From IMG/VR virus record IMGVR_UViG_3300037418_003661: 64,000 nt of DNA. The stretch is one strand, 5' to 3'. The position numbers and the translations under genes were made by a program. The notes beneath the pieces were generated by a model that saw nothing but the letters and a program-made list of their open reading frames with translations, made no database searches and was not told the origin of the DNA. Of this stretch, positions 27,978 through 38,742 are shown piece by piece. This stretch comes from an uncultured virus (IMG/VR IMGVR_UViG_3300037418_003661). Lineage: Duplodnaviria; Heunggongvirae; Uroviricota; Caudoviricetes. Each line of letters begins with the position of its first letter. Position 1 is the stretch's first letter.

Positions 27978-30900
27978 TTAGTTCGAGACCACGGCCGAGA
28001 TGTTGCGCAGCTGCGTGTAGAACTGCGGCGTGTCGGTCCGCACGTCGAGCTTCACGCGGAAGAGGTAGCTGCCACCCACCGCCGCGGGCGACAGGCCGGT
28101 CGCCGTAAAGGCAAGCGTGACGTAGGTGTCATCTACCGGTGTCGATCCCGCCTGCTGGGTCATGGTCACGTAGTTGAAGCTCAGCGCGGCAGCGGCCAGC
28201 GTCGAACCGCCTGCGGGCACCGCCGTCACCGAGGCATCGCCCGTCACGAAGGCCGAGCGGTTGTTGCGGTACGCGGTCAGGATACGGTTCGATCCAGAGA
28301 TCTTCACCGCCAGGGTGTACTGCGAGAACTGCGCCGTGAAGTATGCCAAGGCGCGCGTGGCGAAGTCGGCCAGCGTGCCCGTGCCACCCGTGTAGGTGTA
28401 GGTGCGCGAGATGCCGTCCAGCACCAACGTCAACTGGTCCCCCGTAACCGGCACACCCGAGAGGGTGGTCGAGCAGAGACCCAACGGATCGTCGACCATG
28501 GAAAGCTTGGCGGTCACCGCGGTGATGCCCGACAGGATCGAGAGGTCCAGCGTCACGCGTGCCTGGTTGTACTGTGGCACATTCGTCGCCAAGCGCGTGG
28601 GGTACACGGCCAGCGCGGCGGGCTCGAAGGCCAGCAGCTTCGCGTTGGTGGTCGCCACCGCCGCCGAGACCGCCGTCGTGCCCCGCAGGGTCGCCTGCAA
28701 CACCAGCGAGGTCACGCGATGAGGCAGTGCTTGGGGATCCAGGGTGCCGTCTGCATCCACGGGCAGGGCGGTCGCCGTCGCGTTGCCGTCCATCTTGTAG
28801 CTCCATGCCAACGCGGCACCGCGCGGCACGAGCTGCTGCGCGCGTGCGATGATGAGGTCGAGACCGGGCAACACGGCGGCGCTGACCGGCTGGAAGACCA
28901 GCTGGTTGTCGGAGGCGCTGAACAAGCACTCCAGCAACTGGAAGGTCAGGCAGTTCTGGGTCTGGATGACCCAGCCGCCGCCATCGGTGCTGGAGTAGAT
29001 CGCACCGGTGATGGGGGCCGAGACCATCAAGGTGTTGTTCTGGTCGGCGTGGCCGACCACGGCCTTCTTGATGCCCCAGTTCTCGTCGGCTGCCTCGATC
29101 ACCACCGCGAAGGCGGTGTTGGCAGGGCAGAAGACCACGTCGTTGAACTCGATACGCGTCTCGGCCACGGTGGAGAAGGTGGTGGAGCCCACCAGCAACC
29201 GCTTGCGTGCCAGAATCTCGTCACCCGGCTCGCCGTTGTTCAGCGTGTTGCGGATCTGCACCTCGACCCAGCCGCCACCCACCCGGCCGAAGAACAGGTT
29301 CAAGCCGCGGATGAAGACATCCCGCGTGTAGCTGAACGTCTGTGCCACCTGCACGAAGCGGTTCGCCGCCAGCGCATCGTGAGCGATCGGCAAGGTCGCC
29401 GTCGCGGCGGGCGTTGCCCCGTAGACCGTCGACGCCACGATCTGGTTGCTGGCGTTGATCAGGGAGATCGTGCGGGTGCTGTCGCCGGTCGCCGTTCCTG
29501 CCACCAAGGGAACGGCAGCGTTGGTGAAGGTGCCAGAGGTCACCGTGATGGTTACCGCTGCCCCCAACCCGTCCAATACCGGCTGACCGTCCACCGTGAC
29601 GGTGTAGATGCCGTTCGGGAGGTTGCGTCCCTCCATGGTCAGCGTCATCGCGGGCAGGTAGAGCTGACGCGCGGCAAGCCAGGGCGGCTGTTGCTTGCGC
29701 GTACGCCAGAAGCCGCCTTCCAGTGCGGTTGGCACGGTCTCGACGCTGCGGCTCTGCGTGTTCAGGAAGTTGAAGGCCGAGGCGCCTTGCGGGGCACCCG
29801 TGTAGTCGCCGGTTACGACGGCCACCGTTGGGCGGGCCGCATTCGAGGTGCCGCGCGGCACTTCCAGGTCGGGCGTGTTGTCAGGGCCGTGCGTCGCCCG
29901 CACGTTCACGATCTGGGTCGAACCCACCAAGCTGTGTCCCAACACCGCGGCCTTGCTACCCACGAAGCATGTCGTTTGGGTGGTGTCCACCGCCAGCGAC
30001 AGCGTCTCCATGGTGAGGGTCGGCGAGAGCACACCCTTGTCGGGATCGATCTGGACGTTGCTCCAGGCGGTCGGTGCGCTGTTGATGTCCAGTGTGTCGG
30101 AGTTCACCAGCGCGTCCGTCAGCAGCCCGCGCAGAGCCAGGCCCGCGGCAGTCGACTTGTTGTACGATGCCAGCTTCAAGTCCTGGATCGCCGCGTTGTA
30201 GTTGATCTGGTCGATGGCGATCTTCAGCTGACGGGTCTCCTGCTGGGTGAGCGCCCGTACGGGGTACTCGTCCACACGCACGCTGGACGCATCGCTGTTG
30301 GCGGGGATGACCAGGTTCGCGATCGGCAAGACACCACGCGGCACGGTGGGTGCGTAGGCGGGCTTGTTCGACTGACCGGACTGCACCACGATCTGGTTGT
30401 CCTCGTCGATGTAGACGAGGTCCACACGGTCCAGCAGCCAACGGTAGGCCAGCGTGATGGGGAAGTAGTCGTTGGAGAGCGGCACACCCACGAAGCCGCG
30501 GTCGGTGTAGACCACATCGCCGCTCGTGTACGCCGCCGCCAGTGGATGGTCGATGCGCACGCGGTTGAGGGTCATCACCTCGGCGATCGTGCGGGTCTCG
30601 TCCGAGACGTCGGGCAGCGCCCCCGCCTGGAGCGCGAGGGTCATGCCCACGACCAGTCCGTCGTTCTTGTCGAGCGTGACCACGGTCGTACCCACGGTCA
30701 CCGTGACGGTGTCACTCTGCGGGGTGCTGGGCGCGCTGCTGCCCAAGGTCAGGGTCAGCGTGCCGCCCGCGCTGTCCGTCACGTTCACGGTGGCGCCGTT
30801 CACCCACGCGACGTTGTCGACGGGCGTGCCGGTACCGTAGGTGAACTTGTAACCGCTGGTGGTACCCGCCGCCACGGTCAGGGTGTACGTGCCGCTGGTC

Positions 30901-32300
30901 ACAAGCGTCGAGCCAATGGCCGCGATCGTCGTGTGCGTGTTGTTGGTGCCCTTGGTCGCCGTGTTGGGAACGGTGTTCGCTGCCAGTTCGGTGCTGGCGA
31001 TGCCGGGGTAGACGTACTGTGCGCGGTCCACACCGGTGTCCATCGCCGTGCCGTTGTTCAGGGCATCGGGGTAGTCTCCCGTCAGCTGCAGCGAGAGCTT
31101 GTCGGACGCGACCGTGTAGTCGGTGGTACCCGACAACGTCGCGTTGAAGATCCACACCGCGCGGATGTGGTGCGACGGCAGGCCGCTCGTGAAACGGAAG
31201 CCCTGCGTGGTCGGCGTGAAGTCCAAGGCAGCGTTGGTCACGTCATCGTAGACCGCCACGACCTTGAAGAGCGGCCCGAACGGGAAGCTCTTCTCGATGA
31301 AGATCTCGGTGGGATCGAGAGGGTTCTGGGTGAACGGGTACTGGTGGAAGTCGCCCGCGCGCTGAATCGCCACCAACAGGTTGAAGGTGTCCACCTGCTT
31401 GACCGGCAGCTCGACCGGCGTGATGGTGGCGACCATGGTGCCGTCGGCCGCGGCCACGGAGTGCAGCAACTCGCCCGTCACGGTCTCCGTGTCGAACTTC
31501 GCCTTGGTGATCAGCAGCGGCGTGCTGGTCTTGTAGCCCACCCGGCGTCCGTTGACATAGGCGGTGCCCCGATCGACCACCACGCGCAGCTGGTTGGCGT
31601 TGGCATCTTCCACGCGCACGGTCATGCCGTTGCCCGTGATGCAGTCGCCCGCCAGGTCCGCCGTGTACAAGACCAGGTTGCGATCGACCTCGTTCAGCAC
31701 GTCGTTGGACGAGATGCGCAGCTGGCCGTCGGACAACTCGTACAGGTCCAGCGCATCGGCCAGGTCGGCCGCGTTGGCGTCGGTCTTCACCGCGCACGTC
31801 ACGAGGAACGTGCGGCGGTAAGCACCTGGACCGCCTGCCGTGTCGTCGCCCACCACGATATTGTACAGCACCGGGTCTTCGACCTCGGTGACCGTGTCGG
31901 GCGTCACGCGCACTACGATCGTCTCACGGCCCGTGCCTTGGAGCGTGAGCGTTGTCTGGGGCACCGTGTGGAACAAGCCGTTGACGTAGACCTGGCCGGG
32001 GACGGCGGGGTCCTGCCACTCGATGTGCGCCAACTTGGGGTTCGACGACAGGTCGAGACGCAGCTGCAGCCCACGGGTCTGGCCGTCGCGCAGCACGAAG
32101 TCGCCGATGTCCTTGATGGCATCGAGCAGGATCTCCTGCATCTCGTTCAGTTCGGGCACCTGGGGTGCGGTGCCGGGTGTGAAGACGATCTGCTTCCAAC
32201 CCTTCGTGCGACCGCTGACGGTCTCGTCGCGACCGCCCACCGGGATGTCCTGGGCGTCCACGCCCGTTTGCGAGTAACGGCTGTAATACGGCTTGTCCAC
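27978..32300 (-). CDS. Large baseplate/tail protein, DUF4815-like (1440 aa)
   Basis: N-terminal WKQIVFTPG.APQVPELNEMQEIL...IGDFVLRDG, G.AYVNG, Y...L.RVDLVYID and AQTF...DVFIRGLNLFF motifs. Confidence 0.8.
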   Translation of the reverse strand: MDKPYYSRYSQTGVDAQDIPVGGRDETVSGRTKGWKQIVFTPGTAPQVPELNEMQEILLDAIKDIGDFVLRDGQTRGLQLRLDLSSNPKLAHIEWQDPAVPGQVYVNGLFHTVPQTTLTLQGTGRETIVVRVTPDTVTEVEDPVLYNIVVGDDTAGGPGAYRRTFLVTCAVKTDANAADLADALDLYELSDGQLRISSNDVLNEVDRNLVLYTADLAGDCITGNGMTVRVEDANANQLRVVVDRGTAYVNGRRVGYKTSTPLLITKAKFDTETVTGELLHSVAAADGTMVATITPVELPVKQVDTFNLLVAIQRAGDFHQYPFTQNPLDPTEIFIEKSFPFGPLFKVVAVYDDVTNAALDFTPTTQGFRFTSGLPSHHIRAVWIFNATLSGTTDYTVASDKLSLQLTGDYPDALNNGTAMDTGVDRAQYVYPGIASTELAANTVPNTATKGTNNTHTTIAAIGSTLVTSGTYTLTVAAGTTSGYKFTYGTGTPVDNVAWVNGATVNVTDSAGGTLTLTLGSSAPSTPQSDTVTVTVGTTVVTLDKNDGLVVGMTLALQAGALPDVSDETRTIAEVMTLNRVRIDHPLAAAYTSGDVVYTDRGFVGVPLSNDYFPITLAYRWLLDRVDLVYIDEDNQIVVQSGQSNKPAYAPTVPRGVLPIANLVIPANSDASSVRVDEYPVRALTQQETRQLKIAIDQINYNAAIQDLKLASYNKSTAAGLALRGLLTDALVNSDTLDINSAPTAWSNVQIDPDKGVLSPTLTMETLSLAVDTTQTTCFVGSKAAVLGHSLVGSTQIVNVRATHGPDNTPDLEVPRGTSNAARPTVAVVTGDYTGAPQGASAFNFLNTQSRSVETVPTALEGGFWRTRKQQPPWLAARQLYLPAMTLTMEGRNLPNGIYTVTVDGQPVLDGLGAAVTITVTSGTFTNAAVPLVAGTATGDSTRTISLINASNQIVASTVYGATPAATATLPIAHDALAANRFVQVAQTFSYTRDVFIRGLNLFFGRVGGGWVEVQIRNTLNNGEPGDEILARKRLLVGSTTFSTVAETRIEFNDVVFCPANTAFAVVIEAADENWGIKKAVVGHADQNNTLMVSAPITGAIYSSTDGGGWVIQTQNCLTFQLLECLFSASDNQLVFQPVSAAVLPGLDLIIARAQQLVPRGAALAWSYKMDGNATATALPVDADGTLDPQALPHRVTSLVLQATLRGTTAVSAAVATTNAKLLAFEPAALAVYPTRLATNVPQYNQARVTLDLSILSGITAVTAKLSMVDDPLGLCSTTLSGVPVTGDQLTLVLDGISRTYTYTGGTGTLADFATRALAYFTAQFSQYTLAVKISGSNRILTAYRNNRSAFVTGDASVTAVPAGGSTLAAAALSFNYVTMTQQAGSTPVDDTYVTLAFTATGLSPAAVGGSYLFRVKLDVRTDTPQFYTQLRNISAVVSN

Positions 32301-32310
32301 GAATGAACTC

Positions 32311-33111
32311 CTAGAAGGTCAGGATCAACACGAGCGCGTCGCGGCCATTCAGACGGCGAGGGATCGGCTGGTCGTTGTAGTACCACTCCAGGAGCCCGTC
32401 GGTGAGCCACTCGGCCGGAACGGTCTTCTGACCCGGCTGCGCCTGACCGGGGAAGGTGACGTGCGAGAGCACACCCACCTGACGGTACTGGAAGCGGGTG
32501 GCGGCCGACAGGTTCGTCACGTAGCGACCGGCGTACACGGCGTCTGGCAACGGATCGGCCAAGTGGATCGTCTTTGCGCCCGTGTCAACCGCGTCCACCG
32601 TGGTGTTCAGTCCGTCGACGCCGTCCACGATCACGTTGTCACCCACCTGGTAACCCGCCGCGGACTTCAGTGTCAGCGTCTGGCTGCCCGCATCCGCGGT
32701 GACCGTCAGGAACGAGTCGTTTGCCTTGATCGGCACGCCGTTGTAGTCGAAGCTGCCCTTGACCATCACCCAGCGGCAACCCTGTGCCATGGCCTGCTGG
32801 GTGGTGACCGTGCGCCACTTCTGGCCGTAAGCTTCGATGGTGCCCGCGTTGTCCGGCACCACGAGCGAGAGGTCCACCTTCACGGCGGCCACGGGCTCGG
32901 CGAGCGCCGTCGTCGCGGGGTTGGGGATCGGCGGCACGGTATCGCTTACCGTCTGGTTCGGCGGCGAAGTCAGTGGATCGGTGCCCGACCAGGAGGTGGG
33001 CTTGCCCAGCACCGCCCACACGTCCGTGCGAGCGGCAAAGTCGAGGGCGCGGGCGACGTGACCACCCAAAGCGGTGGTGCCAGCAAAGCGAGGGTTAATG
33101 GGCAGCGGCAT
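32311..33111 (-). CDS. Baseplate wedge protein
   Basis: HVARALDF...VLGKPTSW...PP.P, RWVMV...DY, YRQVGV and terminal LILTF, a pattern of myophage baseplate proteins preceding DUF4815 genes. Confidence 0.65.
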   Translation of the reverse strand: MPLPINPRFAGTTALGGHVARALDFAARTDVWAVLGKPTSWSGTDPLTSPPNQTVSDTVPPIPNPATTALAEPVAAVKVDLSLVVPDNAGTIEAYGQKWRTVTTQQAMAQGCRWVMVKGSFDYNGVPIKANDSFLTVTADAGSQTLTLKSAAGYQVGDNVIVDGVDGLNTTVDAVDTGAKTIHLADPLPDAVYAGRYVTNLSAATRFQYRQVGVLSHVTFPGQAQPGQKTVPAEWLTDGLLEWYYNDQPIPRRLNGRDALVLILTF

Positions 33112-33119
33112 GGGCTCTC

Positions 33120-34103
33120 CTAGGCTAGCAGGACACCGGGTTCGTCCAGCTCGGTGCCGTCATCCAGCGAGACCTCGTAAGTGATGATCGGTCCTGCCTG
33201 GAGGTCCGTCACGGCATTCAGGTCTGCCAAAGGATCGGTGAGCACGGGCACGAAGGTCGGCACACCAGTTTGCGCCGAGGTCAGCATATCGACGGAAAGT
33301 GTGTAACTACTGTGCAAGTCCTGGAAGCGCAGTCCCATGCCCCACGACAACAGCACACCCGCGGGCACACCCGCGATCGACAGGGTCGGCTCGAAGTTGA
33401 AGTCTGCCACCTCGAAGTCGAAGCCGGTCCCGGCCGACTCGATCGTGGTTTCCACCGCATCGGACACCAGGTAGTCGTTGTCGCTGGTGCCGTTCATCGA
33501 GAGGTTGGTCGAGATGATGCGGGCGAACCACGGCAACACACCGCCACCCTTGACCCGTTCCAGGATCTCATCGATGTCGTCGGGAACCGTGTCGTTGGTC
33601 TGGATCTCGAAGGTCGCACCGCGGTGGTAGCTCGCATCCGTCAGGTAACGCCCATACCACGGTTCGCCCCAGATGATGACGTCGTTGCCAGGCTCGTAGA
33701 GCTGGGCGTCTACCTGACCGTTGGTCAGCAAGGGCACCAGATCGGCCAACGCCCGAGGCGTCACACGGGCGGCGCGCAGCTCGCGCTCCAAGCGCAGCGC
33801 ATAGGTCACGTTGCTCTCGCCGCTCTTGCGGGGCAGCTCCAGGATCGCGCCGAACGCGTCGAGTTGGGCCGTGTCTTCTTGGGGGATCAGCACCTCGTAG
33901 CGCTGGGTCTCGATCGCCATGCGCAGGTCGGCCGCCACCTTCGACCAGGCACGAATCTCCTTGCCCAGCTCGCGGTCGCCGTCCAGCGAACGACGCTCGA
34001 ACCAGCGGTAGCCGGTCGGAATCCACGACGCAAAGGTGCGGACGGTCAGCCGCCGCAACAGCTCGCGCGAGGGCTTGATGTTGGCACGGTTAAACGTGGC
34101 CAT
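33120..34103 (-). CDS. Baseplate wedge protein (P2 gpI-like)
   Basis: QLDAFGAILELPRKSGESNVTYALRL and ILERVKGGGV; follows the J-like gene. Confidence 0.7.
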   Translation of the reverse strand: MATFNRANIKPSRELLRRLTVRTFASWIPTGYRWFERRSLDGDRELGKEIRAWSKVAADLRMAIETQRYEVLIPQEDTAQLDAFGAILELPRKSGESNVTYALRLERELRAARVTPRALADLVPLLTNGQVDAQLYEPGNDVIIWGEPWYGRYLTDASYHRGATFEIQTNDTVPDDIDEILERVKGGGVLPWFARIISTNLSMNGTSDNDYLVSDAVETTIESAGTGFDFEVADFNFEPTLSIAGVPAGVLLSWGMGLRFQDLHSSYTLSVDMLTSAQTGVPTFVPVLTDPLADLNAVTDLQAGPIITYEVSLDDGTELDEPGVLLA

Positions 34104-35223
34104 GGACCGTCACCGTTCGCGGACGGAAGGTCTGCTGGGGCAGGATGGGGACCTCGTCACCCACCGCGCCCACGACCGCCGCCGTCGCGCCCACCACGTT
34201 CTCCACCTGGAAGGCCATTGCCGCCACATGCGAGACGCACAGCTCCTGACCCTGGCCCCACTGGCTCAACTGCTCCGTCACGTACGCCTGCACGGCACTC
34301 TCGACGGAGGCCACCGACACGTTGGCCGTGCGATCGACCGTCACGTTGACCGTCACATCGCCCAGCAACTTCTCCATGGCCTTCGCACGCAGGACGACAC
34401 CACCGCAGCGCCAGTCGAAGCCGATACTCAAGACTTCTGCCTTCTGATCGTTGGTCAGTGTGACGTTGGAGGATCCGTCATCGATGAACGCGGTCATGTA
34501 ACCGACCATTGGCAGGTACTCGACCAGGGCGAAGCTGCGAATCCACGAGATGCCCGCCAAAGCCGTGTAAACGGCCTTGTAGGTCCCGCGTGTCAGGGAG
34601 AGCAAGTAGCTGCCAAAGCGCAGACGGAAGGCGTCGTCCTTCTCGCGATCGGCGCCCTGGCTAAGGCTCGTGACGGGGTTGTTGCGTGCGTCGAGTCCGT
34701 TGCCCACGTAGAGGGTGTACGCGGCGGCGACCGTGCTGCGCAACGGAGTAAGCACGGTGCCCGCGGGTAGGTTGTACTTCGCGCCGGTCGCGGTGCACTG
34801 GATGGGGAAGACCGCGTAGGGGCTGCCCAGGGTGACCGTGCCGGTCGACGAGAAGGTTGCGTCGCCCAGCGACAGCAGCTCGCCGGGGTTCACCGCGATG
34901 GAGGGTGCCGAATTGGACTTGGGGATCGCGATGGCGAAGCCCACCGCCTGCGCTCCCTGCTTGCGGTAGAGTCCGAAGATGTTCGCCAACAGGTCCAGCG
35001 CAACGTCTCGCGCGGTGGCGGGGTTCGAATCCCGCTGCACCTCTACCAGAGCGCGCCAGCAGTCCGAGACCACGCGAGCGAAGCCACGCGACTGGACCTT
35101 GATCTTCGATCCCTGGTTCCAGTCGTCAATGCTGGCCGACTCCGCCGTTGGATCGGTCGGGTCGACCAGCTCCGAGGCGATGTCGTCCATCACGTCTTCG
35201 ATGCTCTTGGCAATGATGGCCAT
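34090..35223 (-). CDS. Baseplate J-like protein
   Basis: TARDVALDLLA..FGLYRK, CTATGAKYNLPAG and GADREKDDAFRLR...LTRGT motifs. Confidence 0.9.
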   Translation of the reverse strand: MAIIAKSIEDVMDDIASELVDPTDPTAESASIDDWNQGSKIKVQSRGFARVVSDCWRALVEVQRDSNPATARDVALDLLANIFGLYRKQGAQAVGFAIAIPKSNSAPSIAVNPGELLSLGDATFSSTGTVTLGSPYAVFPIQCTATGAKYNLPAGTVLTPLRSTVAAAYTLYVGNGLDARNNPVTSLSQGADREKDDAFRLRFGSYLLSLTRGTYKAVYTALAGISWIRSFALVEYLPMVGYMTAFIDDGSSNVTLTNDQKAEVLSIGFDWRCGGVVLRAKAMEKLLGDVTVNVTVDRTANVSVASVESAVQAYVTEQLSQWGQGQELCVSHVAAMAFQVENVVGATAAVVGAVGDEVPILPQQTFRPRTVTVHGHV

Positions 35224-35232
35224 GTCGAACTC

Positions 35233-35709
35233 CTACGCGGCGGGGGCGAGACCAGCGGTCAGGGCATTGTTCGACCGCTTGAGGATCAGGTTGAGCGGCT
35301 GGGGCACGTTCAGGATCGTGAACTTGATCTCGAAGTGAATGCCTTGCTGTTCGAGGTTGGTGATGGTGTAATCCACCGTCTGGAGTTGGATGCGGGGCTG
35401 GTTCGCAGCCACGCTGTGAATGTGGTCCACCATGTTGTTGATCCACGCAGGCGTCATGGGTTCCGACAGTTGGGCGTAAGCGTTGTTGCCGTAGTCCTCG
35501 TCGATGACCTTCAGCCCGTCGATGTCGTAGATGTAGCGTCCCAGGTAGCCCAGTGGGGTGACCAACTCGCGGATGAACGCGTTGACCACGTTCTCGATGC
35601 CGCTGATGGTTCCCCAGTCGGACCCCGAAGCCGCCACATCACCTTGCGCGGTGGTGGCGAGGTCGGTCCCCAGGAAACTGGGATCGAAAGGCTGACTGAA
35701 CGCGCTCAC
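35233..35709 (-). CDS. Baseplate wedge/sheath initiator, gp25/gpW-like
   Basis: FLGTDL...GD...ISGIENVVNAFIRELVTPLG...DYG...QPRI. Confidence 0.8.
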   Translation of the reverse strand: MSAFSQPFDPSFLGTDLATTAQGDVAASGSDWGTISGIENVVNAFIRELVTPLGYLGRYIYDIDGLKVIDEDYGNNAYAQLSEPMTPAWINNMVDHIHSVAANQPRIQLQTVDYTITNLEQQGIHFEIKFTILNVPQPLNLILKRSNNALTAGLAPAA

Positions 35710-35763
35710 GGGTACGATCTCCCAAGCCTAGCCTCCGGCATCGGGGAGGCTCTTTTCTGGGCG

Positions 35764-38742
35764 CTAGTCGCCCTGCAGCTTGCTCAGTACGTCCTTGGGT
35801 TGACTGTACGGTGCCGCGCACGGTACGGGGTTGCGCTGACCACGCGTCGGAAGCACCGCAGGCGCCTTGTCCTTGGTGGTGTCCAGCGCCGGGGGATCGA
35901 CGTGCTTGTTGGTCACCGTCCGGGGTGAAGGCTTCGATGTAGGGTTCAGGTCGATCCGGCCGGAGGGGTCCATCACGATGCACGCGGCACCCAGTTGGAT
36001 GACCAACTTGTTGCCCGTCACGTCGATCTGCGCCTTGCCTCCATCCACGTCCAGCGTGATCGAGGTCTTGTCGCCGACCTGCGTTCCCTCCTGACCGAAG
36101 TAGTACGCCTTCTTGGCCGTCTGGATCAGCTCGTTCTTGACGATCAGCTGCCACGCGCCCGTCATGAAGCCCGTTGCCTTCTCGATCAGGTGGTAGAGCC
36201 ACTGACCTCGCACGTCGTGCGCATCGGCCTCGGACAGCTTGTGCTGCGCCTGGTGTACCAACATACGCGCGGTCTGGCGAACCACCGGTGCTTCGTGTGC
36301 GATGGACGACCCCGCCTGCTGCAGCGAGAACTTGGACTGGTGAACGTGCCCTTCCGACTGCTGATCCAGCTTCACGCCCGTGGTCTTCGCCAAGGTCGTC
36401 GAGGCAAGCGCATTGGCGGTCTCCTTGACGATGCGCTCGACGTGTGCCGCACGCGCGGTTGGCAGGTCGGTGATCTCCGCGTCTACCAACATCTTGGCAG
36501 CGCCCGCCACCGACGGCACCGACTTGGTCAACACGCTCTTGATGGTGTCGTGCTGATGCTCCAGCGCACCCGACAGGTACGCCTGGGTGTCGGTGTTCTC
36601 CTTCAGGTGGTTGATGTCGTTGGCCTCCTCGGCCGACTCCACCGTCGTGCCGCCGCGTGCCTGGGCCAACATCTCCGTGGCCGCGGCCATCGTCTTCTGC
36701 TGGTGGTCGAGGAGATCCTGGGTGGCAGTGACTGCCGCGGGCATACCCGCGTGGACCATATCCATCGCCGAGCCACTGTCCACGTTCGCCAGGGACTGCA
36801 TGTAGGTGGTGTAGGCACCGCCCGCCGTGACTTCCTTGGCGTGCTCCGTGCCCACCTTGGCCATCTTGGAGATGCGGTTGACGGTCTCCTTCTCGTTGCC
36901 CTCGTTCTTCTCGATGAGCAACAGCGAGCGTGTCATGATGGCCTGATTCGAGGCAGCATACGCGACCTCGGGACCGATGTGACCGCCGAAGTTGTTCAGG
37001 ATGTCCGGGGCCGCGGCCACCAGCGCTCGCAGATCCGTCGAGCCGAAGGGCTGTAGAGGATCGAGCACGGTGTGCGTCAGCGTCTTCTCTTCGGCCGTGA
37101 GCACATCGCTGGTGTCAACATGAACGATGTCGACACCCAGGTTGTTCCAGACACCGATCCAGTTGACGATCGTGTCGTGCTGGTCGTTGGTCAAGCGGTT
37201 GTTCGTAAAGTTGCTCGCCAGCTGGTCGGGCGCGCCAAGCACGGTCGGCCGGGCCAGGTAGCTCTCGTGCAGGTCGCGCACGAACGACACGAACGCCCCG
37301 CCGAACGCCGTCGAGTGGGACACCATCCGCGGAACGGTGCCCGGCTTCAGCGCGATGATGGCCTGGTAGACCTGCTGGAATGCCAGCAGGACTTCCAGCA
37401 GCTGTGCGTAGCGCGGATCACCCGCCTGGTAGTACGAAGGCAGCGACGATACCATGCTGTCGTAGCGCGGATCGGGGTCGGTCACGAACTTCGCGATCTC
37501 ACCGGCATAAGGCGAACCCAGTCGCTGGGCAATCGCGACCGGCGCATGGCCCACCAGGCTCTTGCCTGCAGCGGGCTCGCCGTCGTCCGCGTACGCCGCG
37601 TGCATCAGGTTGCCGGGCATTGCGCCCGTAGGGCAACGGCTGACCTGGGACAGGCTCTGACGCACCTGATCGGGGCGGTGGATCGGTGGCACTGGATCGT
37701 GCTTCAGTCCACAGTCGAAGCGCCAGCCGTGCAGCAGCTGGTGCAGGCCATCGGCCAGGTTGAGCGGTGCAAGCATCGCCATGCGCAGCATGCCGTCGAG
37801 CTGCATACCGAGGGCAGGCAGTCCCAGCCCTTGAGCAGCGAGCTGGGCGGCACGCGACAGGCTGTCGGCACCGCCGCCGAACAGACACTGACCGCCGACC
37901 GCGTTGAAGAGGTCGTTGCCCAGCTTCAGCGCGTTGTCCAGGAAGCTCAGCGGGTTGCCACCCGGCTGGTTCGGCCAGTCGCTGCGCATGCCGGAACTGC
38001 TGAACGAGCCGTACTTGCCGTGCTTCTTGTTGGGGTCGCGGATACCCAGCGGGATCTGGCGGATGGGTACCATCGCTGCCGCCTGGTTGGTGGCATCGGC
38101 CAGACCGGAGCTTGCAAAGCCCGTCAACCAGTCCACGCCGTCACCCAGTCCATTCAGCAGACTGGCCATGCCGTCGCCCAGCGCCTTGGCGCCCAAGTCG
38201 GCGATGGCTGCCGCCTTGTTGCCCAGCGCGTTGATGAAGTCCAGGACATGCTGTGGCGTGCTCGCGATCGAGATCAGCAGGCTGGAGAACTCGCCCAACA
38301 CCTCGGCCCCCACAGCAGGCGCGACCTTGGCGATCTCCTTCGAGATGTGCTGCGGCTGCGTGGGCGTCGAGACGATGGTGTCCTCGTCCGAGTCCTTCGT
38401 GCTCACTCGCGGATCGTTGTGATCGTAGTTGACCCCTGGCGTGGTGAACGGCAGCTGGAAGTCGGCCAGGAAGCCGCCCCCGAACACAGGCGCGCTCGTG
38501 CCGGGACAGCAGATCTCCGGGAAGGTGATCTGGGGCAGGTGCAGCTCGGGTAGCTGGAACGAGAACGACGGCAGCGTCAGCTGGGGGAACGCGAAGCAAG
38601 GATGGTCCGACTCCGGGATGTCGATGTTGTGTTCTGCCACCACCGGACCCGGCGCGATCTGGATGTCGGCGTTCGTCACGTCGTCGGGGTTGCCGCCAGG
38701 CGGGAACCCGTCGGTGTTGATGATGTCGTCTCCGATACCCAT
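35764..38742 (-). CDS. 992-aa protein with C-terminal spike-like beta-strand repeats and a large N-terminal region of unknown function
   Basis: C-terminus TSITLDVDGGKAQIDVTGNKLVIQLGAACIVMDPSGRIDLNP resembles VgrG/gp5 C-termini; translationally coupled (TAATG) to the OB-fold gene. Confidence 0.55.
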   Translation of the reverse strand: MGIGDDIINTDGFPPGGNPDDVTNADIQIAPGPVVAEHNIDIPESDHPCFAFPQLTLPSFSFQLPELHLPQITFPEICCPGTSAPVFGGGFLADFQLPFTTPGVNYDHNDPRVSTKDSDEDTIVSTPTQPQHISKEIAKVAPAVGAEVLGEFSSLLISIASTPQHVLDFINALGNKAAAIADLGAKALGDGMASLLNGLGDGVDWLTGFASSGLADATNQAAAMVPIRQIPLGIRDPNKKHGKYGSFSSSGMRSDWPNQPGGNPLSFLDNALKLGNDLFNAVGGQCLFGGGADSLSRAAQLAAQGLGLPALGMQLDGMLRMAMLAPLNLADGLHQLLHGWRFDCGLKHDPVPPIHRPDQVRQSLSQVSRCPTGAMPGNLMHAAYADDGEPAAGKSLVGHAPVAIAQRLGSPYAGEIAKFVTDPDPRYDSMVSSLPSYYQAGDPRYAQLLEVLLAFQQVYQAIIALKPGTVPRMVSHSTAFGGAFVSFVRDLHESYLARPTVLGAPDQLASNFTNNRLTNDQHDTIVNWIGVWNNLGVDIVHVDTSDVLTAEEKTLTHTVLDPLQPFGSTDLRALVAAAPDILNNFGGHIGPEVAYAASNQAIMTRSLLLIEKNEGNEKETVNRISKMAKVGTEHAKEVTAGGAYTTYMQSLANVDSGSAMDMVHAGMPAAVTATQDLLDHQQKTMAAATEMLAQARGGTTVESAEEANDINHLKENTDTQAYLSGALEHQHDTIKSVLTKSVPSVAGAAKMLVDAEITDLPTARAAHVERIVKETANALASTTLAKTTGVKLDQQSEGHVHQSKFSLQQAGSSIAHEAPVVRQTARMLVHQAQHKLSEADAHDVRGQWLYHLIEKATGFMTGAWQLIVKNELIQTAKKAYYFGQEGTQVGDKTSITLDVDGGKAQIDVTGNKLVIQLGAACIVMDPSGRIDLNPTSKPSPRTVTNKHVDPPALDTTKDKAPAVLPTRGQRNPVPCAAPYSQPKDVLSKLQGD

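Noticed and set aside
35730..35758. AGCCTCC/GGAGGCT stem followed by CTTTTCT
   Set aside because: Only 7 bp, and the T-run is on the non-coding strand; may stop antisense transcription but too weak to call.
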